From positions 124,001-188,000 of the forward strand of contig JAXGZF010000007.1 of the NCBI GenBank assembly GCA_040771865.1: 64,000 nucleotides of DNA, written 5' to 3'. This document shows positions 61,119 through 64,000 of this stretch, piece by piece (within the stretch, counting starts at the first letter, position 1; each line of letters starts with the position of its first letter). Made by a program: the position numbers and the translations under genes. The notes beneath the pieces were generated by a model, which saw nothing but the letters and a program-made list of their open reading frames with translations, had not been told where the DNA came from and searched no databases. The stretch is from Desulfobacterales bacterium. GTDB taxonomy: Bacteria; Desulfobacterota; Desulfobacteria; Desulfobacterales; UBA2245.

Positions 61119-61676
61119 ATGAACTTGTTCCAAAAAGCTGGACTGGTTTCATTAATGATCTTATTATCAATAGCCATTTGTCCATTTCTATCTTATGCCG
61201 ACTCGCTTAAAGATGCTTATAAGGCTCTAAAAAAAATCGAGATGCAGGCGGAATCAGGACCTGACAGGAGAACTTATCGGGACTTGGTCGTTGATGCCAA
61301 GACAGAGATTGAATTGTTACCTGAAACGGGTGACATAACCTGCATATCACATTTAAAAAGGGCCTCGTATGCTTATGAAATAATAAATGAAATTTGGCAA
61401 TCTATGCAGGTGAGCCGAGCAACAAACATTAGTGCTGGGTGTGTGCCTGTAGCTAAATATGATGCGTGGCTGAAAGAATTTCCGGCCTTACTTACTTGGA
61501 AATGGGGTAAAACAGGTGTTGGTGTTGATCCAACAAACGAAGCGAAATCTCCATCTTTTGACTGCTGTATAATAGATATGATAAGTTTTGAAATGGCTTG
61601 TGCACCTTGCCTTTTCAATGAAGCAAGTTTAGAGCTGAACCTCGCGAAACAGTGTCTCAAGAATAGACTGGAATAG
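61119..61676 (+). CDS. Secreted cysteine-rich hypothetical protein
   Basis: GGAGG RBS, signal peptide ending SYA-D, several Cys residues. Confidence 0.7.
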   Translation: MNLFQKAGLVSLMILLSIAICPFLSYADSLKDAYKALKKIEMQAESGPDRRTYRDLVVDAKTEIELLPETGDITCISHLKRASYAYEIINEIWQSMQVSRATNISAGCVPVAKYDAWLKEFPALLTWKWGKTGVGVDPTNEAKSPSFDCCIIDMISFEMACAPCLFNEASLELNLAKQCLKNRLE

Positions 61677-61706
61677 CATCACTAAAATAGTGTGTAGAAA
61701 CTGGGT

Positions 61707-62456
61707 ATGAATGTGAGATGGACAAGGAAGACGAGTGGACAGAAGTTCAAGATTCAGGGGAACTTACCTTCGCCAGTATTCAGAGCCTATGAGCATCAGC
61801 AGTATTCGGCTGACTTCGCGGAACGCGGACATATTCGATTGGGCTCTTTGCTTTCATACAGGAATATAGAAAATCTTGGGCGTCGAGACACTTCCGAAGG
61901 TGAGCCAAAGCTCCGGATTCCGTCCGATGTAACAACGATTTTCCTGGAAAACAAGACTCTGAAACGCATCGGTGAATCTGTTGCCCCGGGCTATCTCAAC
62001 TATTCCGGTTCTTTCCACAATCCTCTATACGCCTTTTGTGTCGCAGATTCCACGGTCCATCATGATCACCTTCGAAGGCAGTTCGGATGCCATATAGTTG
62101 AGATTTTCAACACGACTGCCTTCCTTGTAGAATTTAAGAATTCACTTAGCAGACTTCAACTTCCTGATCGTGAAGTATTGTTTGTGGATAGTTGCTCAGT
62201 CCGATATGATAAGGGTGAAATTGGGGAGTACCCAACGGACGATCATGATCGGATATACTATACACAAAAACCACCAGATTTTGCGTCAGATTGCGAATGG
62301 AGGGTAGTTATAGCCCTGGCAGGTCCGCTCAAGGAAGCACCTAAAGAGCTATTCCTCGACCTTGCGAATCCGAAACTATTCTGCCGACAGATGTCCATTT
62401 ATCAAAACCCTGCACCAACTGCGCAAACAGCAAGCGCCAATGGGGTTTTGCCTTGA
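61707..62456 (+). CDS. Hypothetical protein, DUF2971-like
   Basis: GHIRLG..YRNIE..RRD..EG, LYAFC, FG..IVEI, VRYD, K..F...CEWR pattern. Confidence 0.6.
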   Translation: MNVRWTRKTSGQKFKIQGNLPSPVFRAYEHQQYSADFAERGHIRLGSLLSYRNIENLGRRDTSEGEPKLRIPSDVTTIFLENKTLKRIGESVAPGYLNYSGSFHNPLYAFCVADSTVHHDHLRRQFGCHIVEIFNTTAFLVEFKNSLSRLQLPDREVLFVDSCSVRYDKGEIGEYPTDDHDRIYYTQKPPDFASDCEWRVVIALAGPLKEAPKELFLDLANPKLFCRQMSIYQNPAPTAQTASANGVLP

Positions 62457-62526
62457 CAGGCATCTTGGGGACTTTAATTATCTAAATAACTTGAACGATT
62501 CCCCTGTCTGAGGTATTTGAAAACCT

Positions 62527-62682
62527 ATGCCAAGATCAGCCGGATTTGATGCGCCCGGGATTCTGCACCACGTGATAATCCGGGGAATTGAACGCCAGGA
62601 CATTTTCCGAAATAAAGCGGACAAGGAAGATTTTGTCGACCGGTTGTCTAAGCTTGTCCCCGAAACCCCGCACTTTACTTAA
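62527..62682 (+). pseudogene. Truncated REP-associated tyrosine (RAYT/Y1) transposase, N-terminal 51 aa
   Basis: Translated by hand, not in the ORF track: MPRSAGFDAPGILHHVIIRGIERQDIFRNKADKEDFVDRLSKLVPETPHFT*; stops before the HUH motif. Confidence 0.82.
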
Positions 62683-62689
62683 TATCATC

Positions 62690-62727
62690 TTATCAGGGCA
62701 AATTGACCTGATAATCAATGGTTATGC
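62690..62727 (+). other. Second attI-like site with overlapping palindrome
   Basis: TGATAAT-CAATG-GTTATGC shares AATCAATGGTT with the first attI; GTTATG is complementary to R'' CATAAC of the next attC; TTATCAGG-N9-CCTGATAA palindrome at 62690-62714. Confidence 0.62.
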
Positions 62728-62740
62728 ATAGTAAATAATT

Positions 62741-63574
62741 ATGAAGTGTGACAATCCAAGGATATTTGTAGATACGGCAATTATAAGATACGCGGCAAGT
62801 GTAAAACTTGTTCAATCTGCCAAATTGGAAGAAGGAACCATTACTTCGAAAAATGGAGAAAGCAGAGGTGCAACGTTTCTTGTCTACAAAAATGAAGTTA
62901 AAGAACCAAATAAATCCGACATAAGTCTTGAAAGAGAAATATCTGCCATAAGAAAAATTGCAGAATTAGCCCTTAACGGAAAAATAGGTCTCTTTTATTC
63001 GCATGAAGTAAATTTAGAATTGTTGTTTCAGCCAGAAGTTGATTTGGCATTTGGAAGAATGATGGGAGCACCTTGTCACATTGTTCATTCTCCGCTTCTG
63101 AAAATGACACCGGAAAACTTTAACGAGAGTGATGAGTCTGAATTTCCATTTAAGTTTTGGGGAAGCGACACAGCTAATGATGATAGTAATGTTTATGAAA
63201 AGATAAAGAATGAATTTTTTAGGCTTCCAGTTGGCTGCTTCCATTCAAGACTAAAATTTAAATCCGGTATTATTGGGCTTCGGGAAACTCATGGGTTAAA
63301 CGTAAATGCATCGAGATTCATGTTCCCATTTCTTGAGTTAATTGACAACATAAGGTTTAAGGAAATATTAAAGATACTTAATGTTGGTTCTGTTCGTGAT
63401 GAAAAGAAGAGAAATAATCTTTACATAGACGCTTATCACTTATGGTCCGCAGAGGAGTCAAAATGTGAATATTTTCTTACAACAGATGGACCTTTGCTTA
63501 ATCAGTTCAAGGGTAGTGTCACTGAAGCTATTAACCCGACCAATTTGCTGGCTTTGTTAATGAACCGAGTATGA
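62741..63574 (+). CDS. Cassette gene: expanded PIN-like nuclease domain protein
   Basis: N-terminal IFVDT, mid SHEVNLE, C-terminal DAYHLWSAEESKCEYFLTTD. Confidence 0.68.
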   Translation: MKCDNPRIFVDTAIIRYAASVKLVQSAKLEEGTITSKNGESRGATFLVYKNEVKEPNKSDISLEREISAIRKIAELALNGKIGLFYSHEVNLELLFQPEVDLAFGRMMGAPCHIVHSPLLKMTPENFNESDESEFPFKFWGSDTANDDSNVYEKIKNEFFRLPVGCFHSRLKFKSGIIGLRETHGLNVNASRFMFPFLELIDNIRFKEILKILNVGSVRDEKKRNNLYIDAYHLWSAEESKCEYFLTTDGPLLNQFKGSVTEAINPTNLLALLMNRV

Positions 63575-63590
63575 ATAAATACAGTAAAGC

Positions 63591-63665
63591 TCATAACACG
63601 GCGCTAAACCCGGCCACCCAAAGTGCTGACGCACTTTGGGTGGCCGGGTTAGCTGAGCGTTATAC
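63591..63665 (+). other. attC site (75 bp)
   Basis: TCATAAC-acggcgcta-AACCCGGCCACCCAAAGTGC-tgac-GCACTTTGGGTGGCCGGGTT-agctgagc-GTTATAC. Confidence 0.93.
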
Positions 63666-63682
63666 GGGGGAAAGACTCACGC

Positions 63683-64000
63683 ATGAAATGGGAACTGAAG
63701 GAACTCGAAGATGCTGTTCGTGACGTCCACGGTGACCAGTACGCGGACGCAATCCACGAACCCCTTCAATCGTTTAGCTGGAAGAGCGATATGGCCAACT
63801 TCCACGCATGTGAAGCCGAACAAATCCTCAAAGAGGCTATCGTCGCTACGCCAAAAATCAACGATCACGACCCACCTGCGATCTCCACTGCCAAGGCAGT
63901 GATGTTGGCTGCGGCACCTGGTGACGCCGGGCAACACTTGCGTTTAGCACGATTCAAAGCAGAAGCTCATATAATCGCCTCTGCGCAAGCTCTGCATTCA
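63683..64000 (+). CDS. Next cassette gene, partial (runs off the window); helical hypothetical protein
   Basis: Open frame MKWELKELEDAVRDVHG...RFKAEAHIIASAQALHS starting 18 bp after the attC; not in the ORF track because it has no stop in the window. Confidence 0.72.
   Translation, partial: MKWELKELEDAVRDVHGDQYADAIHEPLQSFSWKSDMANFHACEAEQILKEAIVATPKINDHDPPAISTAKAVMLAAAPGDAGQHLRLARFKAEAHIIASAQALHS

Noticed and set aside
62403..62450. CAAAACCC...GGGTTTTG inverted repeat as a degenerate attC
   Set aside because: It lies within the ORF, lacks properly placed RYYYAAC/GTTRRRY boxes and has a poorly paired interior

Overview
Bacterial chromosomal segment whose gene content and order suggest a sulfate-reducer-like deltaproteobacterium (Desulfobacterota); this is inferred, not searched. 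About 1-58.3 kb is mostly core genome. It holds a receptor-less chemotaxis operon (cheW-cheR-cheD-HDOD-cheY-cheX-cheD2-cheB-cheA) divergent from a FleQ/FlrA-like sigma54 activator, then nnr, ispD, a long HPr-domain protein, a two-gene SufC/SufB (SMS-type) Fe-S system, RNase P RNA, the dnaG-rpoD-tRNA-Ile2 block, hisA/hisB, tRNA-Ala, copZ-copA, a dynamin-like GTPase, a glycerate kinase pseudogene, ccsA/resB, tex, dtd, dacB, folE2, ttcA, rpoZ, greA, asd, psd, tsaB, lon and pilD. Further on is an arginine-catabolic trio (arginine synthetase ArcE-like, carbamate kinase, AgrE/ArgZ-type ornithine cyclodeaminase-like), followed by tcdA, tatD, a rhomboid, yihY and a tartrate-dehydrogenase-family gene. 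From about 58.3 kb to the end is a visibly AT-richer integron region. It contains an internally deleted intI pseudogene, an attI site, two clear attC sites, a second attI-like site behind a RAYT transposase stub, and uncharacterised cargo. Several cargo genes have nuclease/toxin-like motifs (nuclease-coiled coil-TM-OB fold, expanded PIN, DUF2971-like, possible HEPN) and are candidate new defence genes. All calls come from reading motifs by eye; no searches were run.
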